From an uncultured delta proteobacterium (GTDB lineage: Bacteria > Desulfobacterota > Binatia > UBA9968), in NCBI GenBank assembly GCA_963737905.1, contig CAVTUQ010000012.1:64001-128000 (forward strand): a stretch of 64,000 bases of DNA, written 5' to 3'. The notes beneath the pieces were generated by a model that saw only the letters and a program-made list of their open reading frames with translations, was not told the origin of the DNA and ran no database searches. Numbering within the stretch: the stretch's first letter is position 1; each line of letters starts with the position of its first letter. Of this stretch, positions 30,006 to 40,631 are shown in pieces. Position numbers and translations under genes: made by a program.

Positions 30006-31085
30006 TCAGGTGTCCAGCGATTCTTCCCACTCAGCACCCATCACCCAAGCAAGCGCTGATAACTTGCCGTTCAGCAGGCCCCACTCGAAGTCATCCCACC
30101 CAAGATTTCGCCTACCGTATTTCCGCTCAATACGCCGAGCTGCTCTCTTGGCTTTTTCCAAGATGGGCTTCTGCTCCTCGGTCAAGGACTCTTCCCCGGT
30201 CTTTATCCTGTAGAGCCAATTTTGGTGGCGGTTCCACCACACCTTGTCCCAGAACTCGCTTTGAGCCGCGAGGATCGCCTTGTCGTTGCGCCGAAGCATC
30301 ATCGGCCACTCTTTCCCGGGATGGTCCTCGTCGGGTATCCACTCTACCTTGTCACCTTCCTTCGTGTACCCAATTCTGTAGCCGTTCGGCCCGACCTCAC
30401 CCGGCCGCACCGGGATCTGTGGCCCCGGCACTCGAACGCGGTCTCCGTCCCAAAACCTCGTCGCGGTACTTCCGGTATTCCTCCGGCGTGATCTTGTGCC
30501 GCCGATGCAGCCGAATCAGATCGGTGATCTTGAATGCTTGGTCCAGTTTGCCGCTTCGGTTGGATGGTCGTCTCGCATTAAGTTCCTGTACTCGGCGCAT
30601 CAAATCGCGGAGCAAGTGTTCGCCGCAGTTCATCGATTCCGCTGAAGCTGCCCGTGAGTGCCTTCTTATAAGTGGCGTCCTTGAAGCTCTTAAGCTTCCT
30701 GTGCTGCCTCAGGTCGATCTTGTTCGGGTCAATAGGGCGGCTAGAGAAATACAGCATCACGGGTTTCCCGGCAGCTACGAACTGGTCGACCTCCTCTACT
30801 GTGCCGGACTCAGCGACCCCAGTGCTGCTGCCGACCCTGGTCCAGAACATGCCCACCAAGATGTCGCTTCCTCGGACAATTTGGCGGTTGATAGCTTCTC
30901 TGCGGTCTGACGCCCGACTGCGGCATAGCGTGTGTTTCCCACTTGACTGGCAACAAAACCACCGACTCGGCGACCGCGTGCAGGGCATTCCAGTCGTTGA
31001 CGGTTTCCGATGCTGCTTGCCGCTCTTCTGCTAAGTCGGACGGTGAGGCGATCAGTACACGGTACGTTTCTGACTTAAACGACAT
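30006..31085 (-). pseudogene. DUF4062-like (TIR/NDT-like Rossmannoid) domain fused to a Trp-rich C-terminal domain; three frameshifts
   Basis: YRVLIASPSDLAEER, DILVGMFWTRVG and SGTVEE motifs. Pieces 31085-30895, 30895-30620, 30620-30420 and 30420-30006 read as one protein ending [30 protein letters not shown]. Confidence 0.7.
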
Positions 31086-31289
31086 CGGAGTTGTTCTCAG
31101 GTGCAGTCATCTCACAACTCGGTCATTTGTAATATGACCCACCACACCTGGGTGACCTTAGAAAAGGACTTCACTAAGTCATAGACGACACAAACTCCCC
31201 CTGGTTGGGCGATCTTGCATGACATTGAGTTTACCCGGTCGCTATGGTATCTCCGGTGCAATCGAATTCTTCCGACTAAATCCCGTTTT

Positions 31290-32493
31290 ATGATTCAAGG
31301 AATAAGCAAAGTCGGCGTGGTCGGACTCGGCGTCATGGGCTTCGATATTGCCTTTCTGTACGCCATGCAGGCTGCCAAACGTTCGTGTACGATGCCGCGA
31401 AAGCGGCCATGGATTCTGTGTCTGGACGCAGCGAGCAGACCATCGAACGGCTCAAGAGAAGGAACCGGATTTCCGATAGTGAAATAGAGAACGTCCGCAG
31501 CGGCCTCATCGCTGCGGTTCGATTGGAAGAGCTGGCAAGAATGGATCTGGTGACGGAGGCGGTTTCGGAAAGCGCAAAGACGAAGCTGGCGGTCTATCAG
31601 GCTCTACGACAGGCTGGGTTTGCAGGCATCCTCACGACCAATACGTCATCCCTGTCGCGCGCGACACTGCTAGCCGGCGTTCCCGACCGATCAAAATTCG
31701 CTCTCACTCACTTTTTCAACCCGGTCCTCTATACGCAGATGGTGGAGATCGTGAAAGGGGACATGGAAGCAAAGGGCTTCGAGAACGTCGTTGCGTTTCT
31801 CAAGGGCTTACGACGCGAACCCGTCGAAACCAAAGATATATCGGGCTTCGTTTCCAACAGCATTCTCATGTACTACGCCGTCATGGCGCTTCAGTTGCTT
31901 CAATGCGGAGCGCGCATCGAAGACGTCGATCAGACGGCAAAAGAGCTGCGGCTACTTCCCCCGTTTATCAGCTTTGACAGTTGGAAGCCTTCCATTGTCG
32001 AGGATGTCACGCAGGTGATGTTCGAGCTCAGGGGCGATGAATTTCTGCGCTCTTCGAAGCTGCTCACCGCCTTGGCAAAGGACAACCCAAGTTCTACATG
32101 GATCAAAAACCCAATCCGGAAATCTACCGACTAGTCGAAGCCCCCAACCGTGACATAGGCCCAACGAGCATCAAGCGTGCGCTAAAAACCGTCATCCATG
32201 TGGCGGCGGCGAGAGTCGTCGAGCTTGGAGAATCGCCGGCTACCGTGGACTTTATCGCTACGGAGGGAGTAAAAATTCCTCAGGCGCCGTTGAAAGAAAT
32301 GGACAGCCTTGGGGCCATGGCTGTACTTAAAGAGTTATCGGAGCTTAACCAAGAGATGCCGGAGATATCTTTGACGCCGCCCGAGCTTCTCACCGTCATG
32401 GCTGGTGAAGGACAATCCTTTTACATGAGTGACCGTCCCAATCCCTGGTTGCTATCACAGGTAAAGCCGCCAACCGTTCATGCGAGCCATTGA
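31290..32493 (+). pseudogene. 3-hydroxyacyl-CoA dehydrogenase family protein, frameshifts near 31370 and 32090 (likely sequencing indels)
   Basis: GLGVMG, EAVSE, NTSSL, HFFNP and GFVSN motifs across three joined frames. Confidence 0.82.
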
Positions 32494-33313
32494 CGTCCAC
32501 GTTCATCCGAGCACGCGCGGTCTGGACTGCGACGCGTGTGCTTATTTTAGGAGAGAGCTGAACGAAGTTCCCACCACGGAGGAAAAGTTCGCCGAGTTAT
32601 TTGTCACGCAGCAGGTCAAAGCGCTGCTTATCGGCTGGCATCCTTCCACCGTGGAGAACGGAAACCGAAACAGCAACGAGCATGTCATTGAGCTGGTTAC
32701 AAAGTATCCGGCCGCGTTTGCCGGAGTCCTGGCATCGCTAAACGTGGGATCCCAGCCTTTGGCGGAACTTATCCAACAGGCCGAGGGGCTATTAAAAAAT
32801 CCCGCAGTCAAAGGCTTCAAATTCCACCCACCGGATCAAAATTTCTACCCCAACGATAGAAAGCATTATGGTTTGTGGGAAACGCTGGAGGCGGGGCAGA
32901 AGCCGGTCATGTTTCACACCGGATTTACGGTTCTGGGAGCCAATCAAGATGGCGGCAAGGGAATCGGCCTGGATTGCGGGCGGCCGATTCATCTCGATAC
33001 ACTGGCACGAGATTTTCCGCGTCTGAAAATTATCGCTGCTCACCCGGGCTGGCCCTGGCAAGAGGAGCTTATCGGCGTGGTCACGCACAAGAAGAATATC
33101 TGCGTGGATACCTCCGGCTATTTGGCGGAGCAGTTGCCGGAGCTTTTTAAAAGAGCGATCGGCGGGCGTCTCCAGGACAAGGCGCTTTTCGGCACCGATT
33201 TCCCCTATGTGGATCTGGAGAAAGCGTTAATAAGCTTCGACAAGCTGGGGCTGAAAGATCCGGTGAAAGAAAAAATTCTTATTGCGAACGCGCGCGCGTT
33301 GTTTGCTCTTTGA
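32480..33313 (+). CDS. Amidohydrolase family 2 (CouO/beta-ketoacyl-CoA hydrolase-like)
   Basis: IDVHVH, GFKFHP, FHTG, AHPGWPWQEE and FGTDFP motifs. Confidence 0.88.
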   Translation: MRAIDVHVHPSTRGLDCDACAYFRRELNEVPTTEEKFAELFVTQQVKALLIGWHPSTVENGNRNSNEHVIELVTKYPAAFAGVLASLNVGSQPLAELIQQAEGLLKNPAVKGFKFHPPDQNFYPNDRKHYGLWETLEAGQKPVMFHTGFTVLGANQDGGKGIGLDCGRPIHLDTLARDFPRLKIIAAHPGWPWQEELIGVVTHKKNICVDTSGYLAEQLPELFKRAIGGRLQDKALFGTDFPYVDLEKALISFDKLGLKDPVKEKILIANARALFAL

Positions 33314-33365
33314 TTGCGGCGGGAGAGTCGTGGACAAGGTCTGATGGGGGAGTTGGAGAAAATCA

Positions 33366-33390
33366 GGAGTACCGCTTTCGCGGTAATGAC
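33366..33390 (-). repeat. REP-like hairpin with GTCATT foot
   Basis: Minus strand GTCAT-TACCGC-GAAA-GCGGTA, perfect stem. Confidence 0.6.
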
Positions 33391-33462
33391 GACTGGGAAG
33401 CAGCGACTTATTCAATAAACCGAGCAGACGATAAATCGGGTAACACGATTGGAGATCGAGAT

Positions 33463-34455
33463 ATGAAAATTTGTAACGTTATCTTGATCGTTGTCGTTTC
33501 GTTTTTCTTTCTTCGAGCGCCAGTAGCGGAAAGCGCGAGTCTAACCCCGATCCGGGTCGGCTACCCCTCACCCAGCGCTAACTTCTACCCTCTCTTTGCA
33601 ACCAAGGAAGCAAATCTCTTCGAAAAGCACGGCTTCGAGCCCGAAATGATCTACGTGCAAGGGGTCCAGTTGATTGCTGTCCATGTGGCGGGCCAGCTCG
33701 ACTTTTCGTCGGTTTCCGGCCTGGTTTTTCTGCAGGCGTCGGTGGAAGGCTCGGACCTTATTCTCGTGGCTAGCTCCAATGACAGCCAGCCCATGAAGCT
33801 CATGGCCCACACCGGCGTTACGGGCTCTGCAGACCTCAAGGGAAAAACCATAGCGGTCACGCGCTTTGGCTCACTGACCGATCTTCTGCTTCGTCCCGTA
33901 CTGAAAAAATGGGGACTCGATCCGCAGAAAGATGTGAAGCTGCTGCAGATCGGACGATTGCCGGATATGGTGACGGCCATTGCGCAAAAGAAAGTGGATG
34001 CGGGCGTTATTTCTTTCCCCAATTCCTTGCAGGCCGAAAAATTGGGCATCAAGACGATTCTGGACTTTGCCGACTCTGGTTTGGATATTCCCTCTACCAC
34101 AATAGTGGTGAGCCGCAAATACAGCCAGTCTCACAGGGACATGGTCCTAACATTTCTCAAGGCCTATGTTGAAGGGACTCGCCGCCTGCTAACGGACAGA
34201 GAGTTGGGCATTAGGGCACTGAGAAAATACGGCGGCGTCGAGGACAGGGAGCTGCTCAACACGACCTATGATCTTTTCACCACCCGCTATACAAAAAAGG
34301 TCCCGAAGATCAACCCTAAAGCGGTGGAAACCGCGTTGAGCCTACTCGCCGAGAACAATCCGAAAGCCAGAGGCCGCAAAGCGGAAGAATTCATGGACTC
34401 AAGTTTTATGGACGAGTTGGAAAAGACCGGTTTCATCAAGTCGGTGTGGCCATGA
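33463..34455 (+). CDS. NitT/TauT-type ABC substrate-binding protein
   Basis: Signal peptide, LFEKHG and LKGKTIAVTRFGS motifs. Confidence 0.9.
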   Translation: MKICNVILIVVVSFFFLRAPVAESASLTPIRVGYPSPSANFYPLFATKEANLFEKHGFEPEMIYVQGVQLIAVHVAGQLDFSSVSGLVFLQASVEGSDLILVASSNDSQPMKLMAHTGVTGSADLKGKTIAVTRFGSLTDLLLRPVLKKWGLDPQKDVKLLQIGRLPDMVTAIAQKKVDAGVISFPNSLQAEKLGIKTILDFADSGLDIPSTTIVVSRKYSQSHRDMVLTFLKAYVEGTRRLLTDRELGIRALRKYGGVEDRELLNTTYDLFTTRYTKKVPKINPKAVETALSLLAENNPKARGRKAEEFMDSSFMDELEKTGFIKSVWP

Positions 34456-34552
34456 ACCGGGAGGATCAGACTTGCAACTCAAAGAAGTCTCTTTCTTCTG
34501 ATAAGGTTAAGAAGACAGAGAGTTGGGTTGGCAAGAGAGGAGAATCCTTTAG

Positions 34553-36244
34553 ATGGCGGAACTAGCACGCACAGCATCACAGGCCTATCTGGAAGTGGCG
34601 GCGGCTCATGGCGTCGATTACGTTTTCGGCCTACCCGGCACCAGCGGTCAGGAATTTATTGGCACGATCGCGGATCAGGAAAAAATTCGCTTTATTCTCG
34701 CGCTCCATGAGACCTGCGTCGTCTCTATGGCCGATGGTTATGCGCGAGTCACAGGACGGCCGAGTCTGGCCCAGTTGAGCACGCTTCCCGGCACCGCCAA
34801 CTCCGTGGGCGCGCTTTACGATGCTTACCGGGACCGATCTCCCGTCGTGCTGACCTCCACCAACGTTGACACCCGGATCGTCGGCCGGGATTCGCATACC
34901 GAGGGAAAAGATCTCGTCGAGCTGACCAAGCAGTTCACGAAATGGAGCTGCGAGGTCCACCGCGCTGACCGTATTCCGGAAATATTGAATCGGGCGTTCA
35001 AAGTTGCTTCGACGCCGCCGACCGGTCCGGTTTATCTCTCTCTTCCCAGTAACCTTCTCGGCGAGTCGATCAGCGTGCAAAATCCAGCTGTGGAACGGTC
35101 TCGCATCGTTCCTCGTATGGCGGGTGATCCGGACGCGCTGAAAGACGCAGCCAAATTGCTTGCCCAGGCCAGGCGACCGCTTATCGTCGGCGGAAGCGGC
35201 GTGGCCAAGGCGGGTGCTATCGAAGAGCTTGTCAAACTAGCGGAGATGGTAGCGGCACCGGTGGTCATGGAACCGCGTTATTCTTTTCTGAGCTTTCCGA
35301 CGACGCATCCTTACAGTTTTCAGATCGCGGAACGACAACCGACGTTCAACCTTCCCGTCTGGGGCGAACCGGATCTCATTTTTGCCATCGGCTGCCGGTT
35401 GATCCGAGAGTACCGCTACATTCCCGAACCCGTGATTAAGACCGAGACCCTTTGCGTTCATATCGAGGAAGATCCCTGGGAGATCGGCAAAGTGTTTCCC
35501 GTCGATTTGGGAGTCGTGGCCGACCCCAAGAGCGCTTTACGTTCCCTCATCGAGATCTTTCCCATATTCTCCGAGCAATCCAACGGTAACCGAAAAACGG
35601 AACGAATCGAATGCCTCCAGAAGGCCAAGGCTCAGATCAATGCTGAGTTGGAAAGTCGAGTCAAAGCAGGTTGGGATGCAACGCCGATCAATGCGGCGAG
35701 ATTAATGCGCACTATGGACAAGCTCATCGACCAGGATGCTTTGATTGTCAATGAAAGCCCCACGAGCAAAGACATTCTCATGGCCAATTTCCAGTTCACT
35801 TCCGCCAGATCCTATTTTTCCAACTCCTCCGCGGGCCACCTGGGATGGGGACTTGGCGCAGCCATCGGCGCCGCGCTGGCTTCTCCTAAACGGCGTGTGG
35901 TGGCTTGCCTGGGGGACGGCAGCGCGATGTTTGGTATTCAAGGACTGTGGACGCTGGCCAAATACCGAGTCCCGCTGCTTGTAATTGTCTTTAACAACCG
36001 GGCGTACATGGCGGTGAAGAACCAATTCCGCGGGCCGGAGGAGCGCATCAGAATTGCCGCAGAGATGGGTGCGGAGCTTGTGGGTCCTGAGATAAATTTT
36101 TCCCGGCTGGCGGAGACCTTCGGTATTTTTGGTCAACGGGTAGAACAGCCGGAGGCCATCGAGCCGGCATTGAAACGGGCCCTCGAACAATCCGGACCGG
36201 CAGTTTTAGACGTCGTCATCAACCAGAATACGAGGAAAGATTAG
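34553..36244 (+). CDS. Thiamine-diphosphate-dependent enzyme (benzoylformate decarboxylase-like)
   Basis: FGLPGT, LHE..V.MADGYAR and GDGSAMF...NN (ThDP motif). Confidence 0.92.
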   Translation: MAELARTASQAYLEVAAAHGVDYVFGLPGTSGQEFIGTIADQEKIRFILALHETCVVSMADGYARVTGRPSLAQLSTLPGTANSVGALYDAYRDRSPVVLTSTNVDTRIVGRDSHTEGKDLVELTKQFTKWSCEVHRADRIPEILNRAFKVASTPPTGPVYLSLPSNLLGESISVQNPAVERSRIVPRMAGDPDALKDAAKLLAQARRPLIVGGSGVAKAGAIEELVKLAEMVAAPVVMEPRYSFLSFPTTHPYSFQIAERQPTFNLPVWGEPDLIFAIGCRLIREYRYIPEPVIKTETLCVHIEEDPWEIGKVFPVDLGVVADPKSALRSLIEIFPIFSEQSNGNRKTERIECLQKAKAQINAELESRVKAGWDATPINAARLMRTMDKLIDQDALIVNESPTSKDILMANFQFTSARSYFSNSSAGHLGWGLGAAIGAALASPKRRVVACLGDGSAMFGIQGLWTLAKYRVPLLVIVFNNRAYMAVKNQFRGPEERIRIAAEMGAELVGPEINFSRLAETFGIFGQRVEQPEAIEPALKRALEQSGPAVLDVVINQNTRKD

Positions 36245-36365
36245 CCGCAAAGAACGCATAGAGCGCAAATTGTATCGATCAGAGGACTCATCGGGGAGGC
36301 GCTGAGCGCGCAGACTAAAGAGTTCTTTGTTTTCATCTCTGCGAACTCTGTGCCTCTGCGGTGAA
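36243..36365. repeat. 9-nt-period inverted tandem repeat element
   Basis: 36335-36365 is identical to 6011-6041; both share an upstream TAAAGAGTTC. Confidence 0.8.
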
Positions 36366-36410
36366 AGGCTTTCACAAAGTGCTGCAACCATAAGGAACAA
36401 GGGGGTAGAT

Positions 36411-36785
36411 ATGAAACAGGATGCCAAAGAGGCTTTCAAGAAAACCGCGCTCGGTGCTCAAAACACCGCCTACGACATCATCGCGAAATTGGATCCGGAA
36501 TATTTCGAAAAACTCAAAGGGCTCTATGTGGACGGCACTTTCGGCAGGGAAGGCGCCTTGCCGAGAAAGACCAAGGAGCTGATCATGATCGGTATTACCT
36601 GCGCATTGAATCGTCCGCGCGGGGTGCGCCTGCACTGCGAGAGAGCGCTGGCTTTGGGAGCGAGCCCCAGGGAAGTTCTCGAGGCCGTGGAGGTCGCAGC
36701 CATCCCCGGCGGCATGCCTGGTTTGTGGTTAGGAGTCGAAACGCTGCAGGACATTCTCAAGGTAAAAGAGATAGAGTTTAAGTGA
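36411..36785 (+). CDS. Carboxymuconolactone decarboxylase/AhpD-like protein
   Basis: GALPRKTKELI and H..RAL.LGAS..EV.E motifs. Confidence 0.9.
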   Translation: MKQDAKEAFKKTALGAQNTAYDIIAKLDPEYFEKLKGLYVDGTFGREGALPRKTKELIMIGITCALNRPRGVRLHCERALALGASPREVLEAVEVAAIPGGMPGLWLGVETLQDILKVKEIEFK

Positions 36786-36870
36786 GTTTTATTAACCCAC
36801 TTCGCTGACAGCTTGAACGGCCTGAACAGAGCGAAGCGGTTGAACGAATTGAACCCGGCATGTGAAACAC

Positions 36871-38073
36871 ATGAGTGATCATCATCCAGGCCCTCTCGAT
36901 GGCATCCGAGTTCTCGACCTCACCCGGGTTTTGGCCGGTCCTTACTGCACCATGTTTTTGGGCGACCTGGGTGCCGAGGTCGTCAAAGTCGAACAGCCCG
37001 GTGTCGGGGACGACACTCGCGGCTGGGGTCCGCCGTTTGCCGGCGGAGAGAGCGCGTACTTTCTTTGCATCAACCGGAACAAGAAGAGCGTTACCGTCGA
37101 TCTCAAATCGAAGGAAGGCGTCGCGCTCCTTCGGCGGCTCGCGGAGCGCGCCGATGTGCTGATCGAAAATTTTCGCCCGGGAACAATGGAGCGCCTCGGC
37201 TTGAGCGAAAAGGAATTACGGGTAGTCAATCCCAAGCTTATCTACGCTTCCCTTTCCGGCTTCGGCGCGGACGGTCCCATGAGTGATGCACCTGGTTACG
37301 ATCTGATTGTTCAGGCCTGGGGCGGTTTGATGAGCATCACTGGGCAGCCCGACGGCGAGCCCACTAAAGTTGGGGTCGCGATCATGGATCTGGTCGCCGG
37401 CTTGATGTTGGGCAAGTCGATTACCGCCGCGCTTTTCGCTCGTGAAAAATTAGGCGCCGGGCAAAAAATCGATACGTCGTTGCTCGAAGCAGAGGTGGCG
37501 TCATTGATCAATGTGGGAAGCAACTACCTGCTCGAGGGAAAAATCCCACAGCGGTGGGGCAATGCCCACCCCAGTATCGTCCCTTATCAGAGCTTCAAGA
37601 CCGCGGATGGCTATTTGGTAATCGGGGTCGCCAGTGAAGGCATCTGGAGGCGCTTTTGCCAAGCGATTGGGAGAGCTGAATTGGCCGACGATTTACGCTT
37701 CGAAAAAAACTCAAACAGAGTGGAGAACAGGTCCTCGTTAATCGGTTTCCTCGGCGAAATTTTTCTGGGTCGCAGCACTGGCGTATGGTTGCAGCTTTTA
37801 AACGAAGCGGAAGTTCCCTGCGCGCCGGTCCAAACCGTCGATCAGGTCTTTAAAGCTCCACAGGTACTGCATCGAGAAATGCTAGTCGAGGTGGATCATC
37901 CCACGGCGGGCACAGTACGCATGGCCGGAATCCCCGTAAAATTCTCGCTCACTCCGGCGTCGATTCGCTTGCCGCCGCCGCTGTTAGGTCAGCACAACGA
38001 AGAAGTGCTGGCATCGTGGCTTGGAATGAATGATAAGGAAATCTCCGAGCTAAAAAGAAAGACTGTCATATGA
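36871..38073 (+). CDS. CaiB/BaiF class III CoA-transferase
   Basis: PLDGIRVLDL, LAGP, NRNKKS, ENFRPG and GYD motifs. Confidence 0.95.
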   Translation: MSDHHPGPLDGIRVLDLTRVLAGPYCTMFLGDLGAEVVKVEQPGVGDDTRGWGPPFAGGESAYFLCINRNKKSVTVDLKSKEGVALLRRLAERADVLIENFRPGTMERLGLSEKELRVVNPKLIYASLSGFGADGPMSDAPGYDLIVQAWGGLMSITGQPDGEPTKVGVAIMDLVAGLMLGKSITAALFAREKLGAGQKIDTSLLEAEVASLINVGSNYLLEGKIPQRWGNAHPSIVPYQSFKTADGYLVIGVASEGIWRRFCQAIGRAELADDLRFEKNSNRVENRSSLIGFLGEIFLGRSTGVWLQLLNEAEVPCAPVQTVDQVFKAPQVLHREMLVEVDHPTAGTVRMAGIPVKFSLTPASIRLPPPLLGQHNEEVLASWLGMNDKEISELKRKTVI

Positions 38074-38531
38074 AAGGTATCACGTTCGAAGGCTTCCATT
38101 CCGGCGATAAGTTTGAAACCGGACGGCGGACGATCACAGAGCACGACATCATGCAGTTCGTTACTCTCGTCGGCCTCACCGAGCCGCTATTTCTAGACAT
38201 GGAATACATACGCAAGGAAAGTCTCTTCGGTGAGCGCATCGCGCCGGGCAGTTTGACGTTCGGCATGGCCGAAGGACTGACCGTGCAGACGGGCATCATT
38301 CACGGCACCGGCATGGCGTTCGTCGGCATCGACCGTATGAAACTTTTTGGCCCCATTAAAGTCAACGATACAATTCAAGTCGATATCGAAGTTCTCGACA
38401 CGAAAGCGGTGCCGGCGCGGGGTGGAGGTATTGTGCGCTACCGGCAATGGGTCAAGAACCAGCGCGGCGAGACGGTCATGGAATATGACGTAGCGCGGCT
38501 GATCCGCGGCGCGGCGCAGGAGAAAAAGTAA
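38070..38531 (+). CDS. MaoC-family dehydratase
   Basis: RTITEHDI, FGERIAPG and KNQRGE motifs; ATGA overlap with the upstream gene. Confidence 0.9.
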   Translation: MKGITFEGFHSGDKFETGRRTITEHDIMQFVTLVGLTEPLFLDMEYIRKESLFGERIAPGSLTFGMAEGLTVQTGIIHGTGMAFVGIDRMKLFGPIKVNDTIQVDIEVLDTKAVPARGGGIVRYRQWVKNQRGETVMEYDVARLIRGAAQEKK

Positions 38532-38532
38532 A

Positions 38533-38600
38533 CGGTAAGGGGTAAAGGGTTAGGGGTAAGGAGACTGTTCGCGCCTCACTCCTCACCCCTTACGCCTTAC
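38533..38600. repeat. Heptamer inverted tandem repeat (GTAAGGG)n ... (CCTYACN)n
   Basis: ggtaagg ggtaaag ggttagg ggtaagg ... cctcact cctcacc ccttacg ccttac. Confidence 0.8.
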
Positions 38601-38645
38601 TGGACTCATTACAGCGAACCAAACATGGAGCCAAGTGAGAAAACG

Positions 38646-39611
38646 ATGAATGACACGCAAGTCAAGTTTGGCGTTCTGCTACCCACCCGGGAGGCCGTCA
38701 TCTCGGGCCGATCCGATCCCTCAGTTCTCTACCAGTTGGCTGAACGCGCCGAAGTGTTGGGGTTCCATTCGGTTTGGGTGGGCGATAGTCTGACCGCTCG
38801 ACCCCGAATTGATGCGCTCACGACTTTGGCCGCCGTGGGCGCTCGCACACGGCGGGTGCGCCTGGGTACGGCGATTTTTCTAGCGGCCCTCAGGCATCCC
38901 ATTCTGCTGGCATATCAGCTCGGCAGCTTGGATTGGATGACCGGCGGTCGGGTCGATCTCGGCGTGGGTTACGGTCGGCCCAAGGAACCGACACAGGAAC
39001 ATGAGTTTGAAATCTTAGGCCTCGCGTCCGGGGCGCGGATGAAGATGAGCGAAGAGCTGGTTCACGTAATGCGCCGGCTCTGGCGCGAGAACGATGTCTC
39101 TTACACCGGTACCTTTACTAATTTCAAACACGTGACATTGGAGCCGAAGCCGGTTCAAGCCGGAGGCGTGCCGATTTGGCTCGCGTCGAACAATGTCGAG
39201 CCGGGACTGCGGCGCGTGGGGCGCATGGGAGATGGTTGGCTGAACAATATCAAAAGTCCGGACGTGTACCGTGAGTGTTGGGAGAAAGTCCGCGGTTACG
39301 CCGCAGATGCCGGCCGCGCTCCGAATGCGATTCACCCCGCCATTTACTTTACCCTGGCTGCCGGTGGAAAAGAGGCTATCGTCGAAGGACAAACCTTTCT
39401 TGCCCAATACTACAACCGATCGTACGAGGCGGTGGCAAACGCCATGCTCTGCGTTACCGGCTCCTGGGATGAAGTGATCGATTGGATGGAGAAATATATT
39501 CAGGCCGGCGCGCAGACGGTGGTCCTTCGTTTCGCCGCGCGCGATCAGGTAGCCCATCTCGAAGCCTGCGGCGACGCTCTGAACCGGCGGGGCTTGCTTG
39601 CCTCAACTTAA
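38646..39611 (+). CDS. LLM-class flavin-dependent oxidoreductase
   Basis: AE.LGFHSVWVGD, T.RVRLGT, GGRVDLGVG and PKPVQ motifs. Alternative start 38625. Confidence 0.93.
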   Translation: MNDTQVKFGVLLPTREAVISGRSDPSVLYQLAERAEVLGFHSVWVGDSLTARPRIDALTTLAAVGARTRRVRLGTAIFLAALRHPILLAYQLGSLDWMTGGRVDLGVGYGRPKEPTQEHEFEILGLASGARMKMSEELVHVMRRLWRENDVSYTGTFTNFKHVTLEPKPVQAGGVPIWLASNNVEPGLRRVGRMGDGWLNNIKSPDVYRECWEKVRGYAADAGRAPNAIHPAIYFTLAAGGKEAIVEGQTFLAQYYNRSYEAVANAMLCVTGSWDEVIDWMEKYIQAGAQTVVLRFAARDQVAHLEACGDALNRRGLLAST

Positions 39612-39891
39612 TCTGGTTCTAGATTCGTTCTGTCGTTTTGATAGCCACGGGTCATCGGAAAGTTTGCGCAAGCAGCGAAAAGTTTGACGTATTGCAGTGC
39701 AAAGGATCACGCTCTGCCGGCCTGGAAACAGCTTGACAGATCATGGCATACGGTGAAATAAGCAGTACGCTCCTATATCTCCCAGCCGAACAGGGTTGGG
39801 TATTAATCTCGATCTCACTTCCCTAGCCTGATTCGGTTTGCGAGGTTTCGCATTTAGACATGGTCGACGTGAACTGATTAGAGTGGATAGC

Positions 39892-40080
39892 ATGGAAAAG
39901 TTTTCCCTGATGGGTGAAGAAATTCTGACCATTCGGGAAGTAGCCGACCTGCTAAAATTGCACCCGAAGACCGTCAATAAGCTTGCCAATTCTGGAAGGT
40001 TGCCGGCTTACAGGATTGGTCGGCAGTGGCGATTTCGGAAATCGGAAGTCCTAAAACTCTTAGAGAAGAAAGATGCCTAA
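39892..40080 (+). CDS. Excisionase-like (HTH_17) DNA-binding protein
   Basis: ILTIREVADLLKLHPKTV...GRLPAYRIGRQWRF. Confidence 0.88.
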   Translation: MEKFSLMGEEILTIREVADLLKLHPKTVNKLANSGRLPAYRIGRQWRFRKSEVLKLLEKKDA

Positions 40081-40211
40081 GCGCGGCCGACGAACTGATA
40101 AGGGAAAAGCTGTATCGGGCGGATAAGGTGATTAAATGAATTTTGAATTTGAAGTGTGTCGGGACGGAATTGAAGGGAATTGACGTGTCGTCCAACTCGG
40201 TCGCTTGACAA

Positions 40212-40631
40212 CTACGATCGCCGAAGGTGCGGATTCGCGGCGAGAAACTTGGCTGGCGATTGGATGTTGATCGACCGGTAGCGGCCGATAGACAACAGGT
40301 CCTTATCACCAGAAATGATGACTCGTGCCTTTCCTGTGATGGCGCATTCAAGAAACTTGTTGTCCGAGGGATCACGCTCAACAACGCGCAAACGTCTCCG
40401 GGGATTAACCACTTCCACATAAGGGAGAAGTTCCTCTTCGGTTAAACTTTTAATCTCGGTTTCCGAGAGCTGGAATTTGGGGTAGCTGAGAACACGCAGG
40501 TATTCTTCCAAGATGCCGCGAGAAAGTAGGACCGTAATCGCGCATCTTTGCCAGAGTGGAACAAGTTCAGAGGAGATACCCGTGAAAAGCAGAGCCGATA
40601 CCAGGACGTTGGTATCCAAGACGACACGCAC
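40212..40631 (-). CDS. PIN-domain toxin (VapC-like)
   Basis: VVLDTNVLVS, RDPSDNKFLECA and SGDKDLL motifs. Confidence 0.92.
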   Translation of the reverse strand: MRVVLDTNVLVSALLFTGISSELVPLWQRCAITVLLSRGILEEYLRVLSYPKFQLSETEIKSLTEEELLPYVEVVNPRRRLRVVERDPSDNKFLECAITGKARVIISGDKDLLSIGRYRSINIQSPAKFLAANPHLRRS

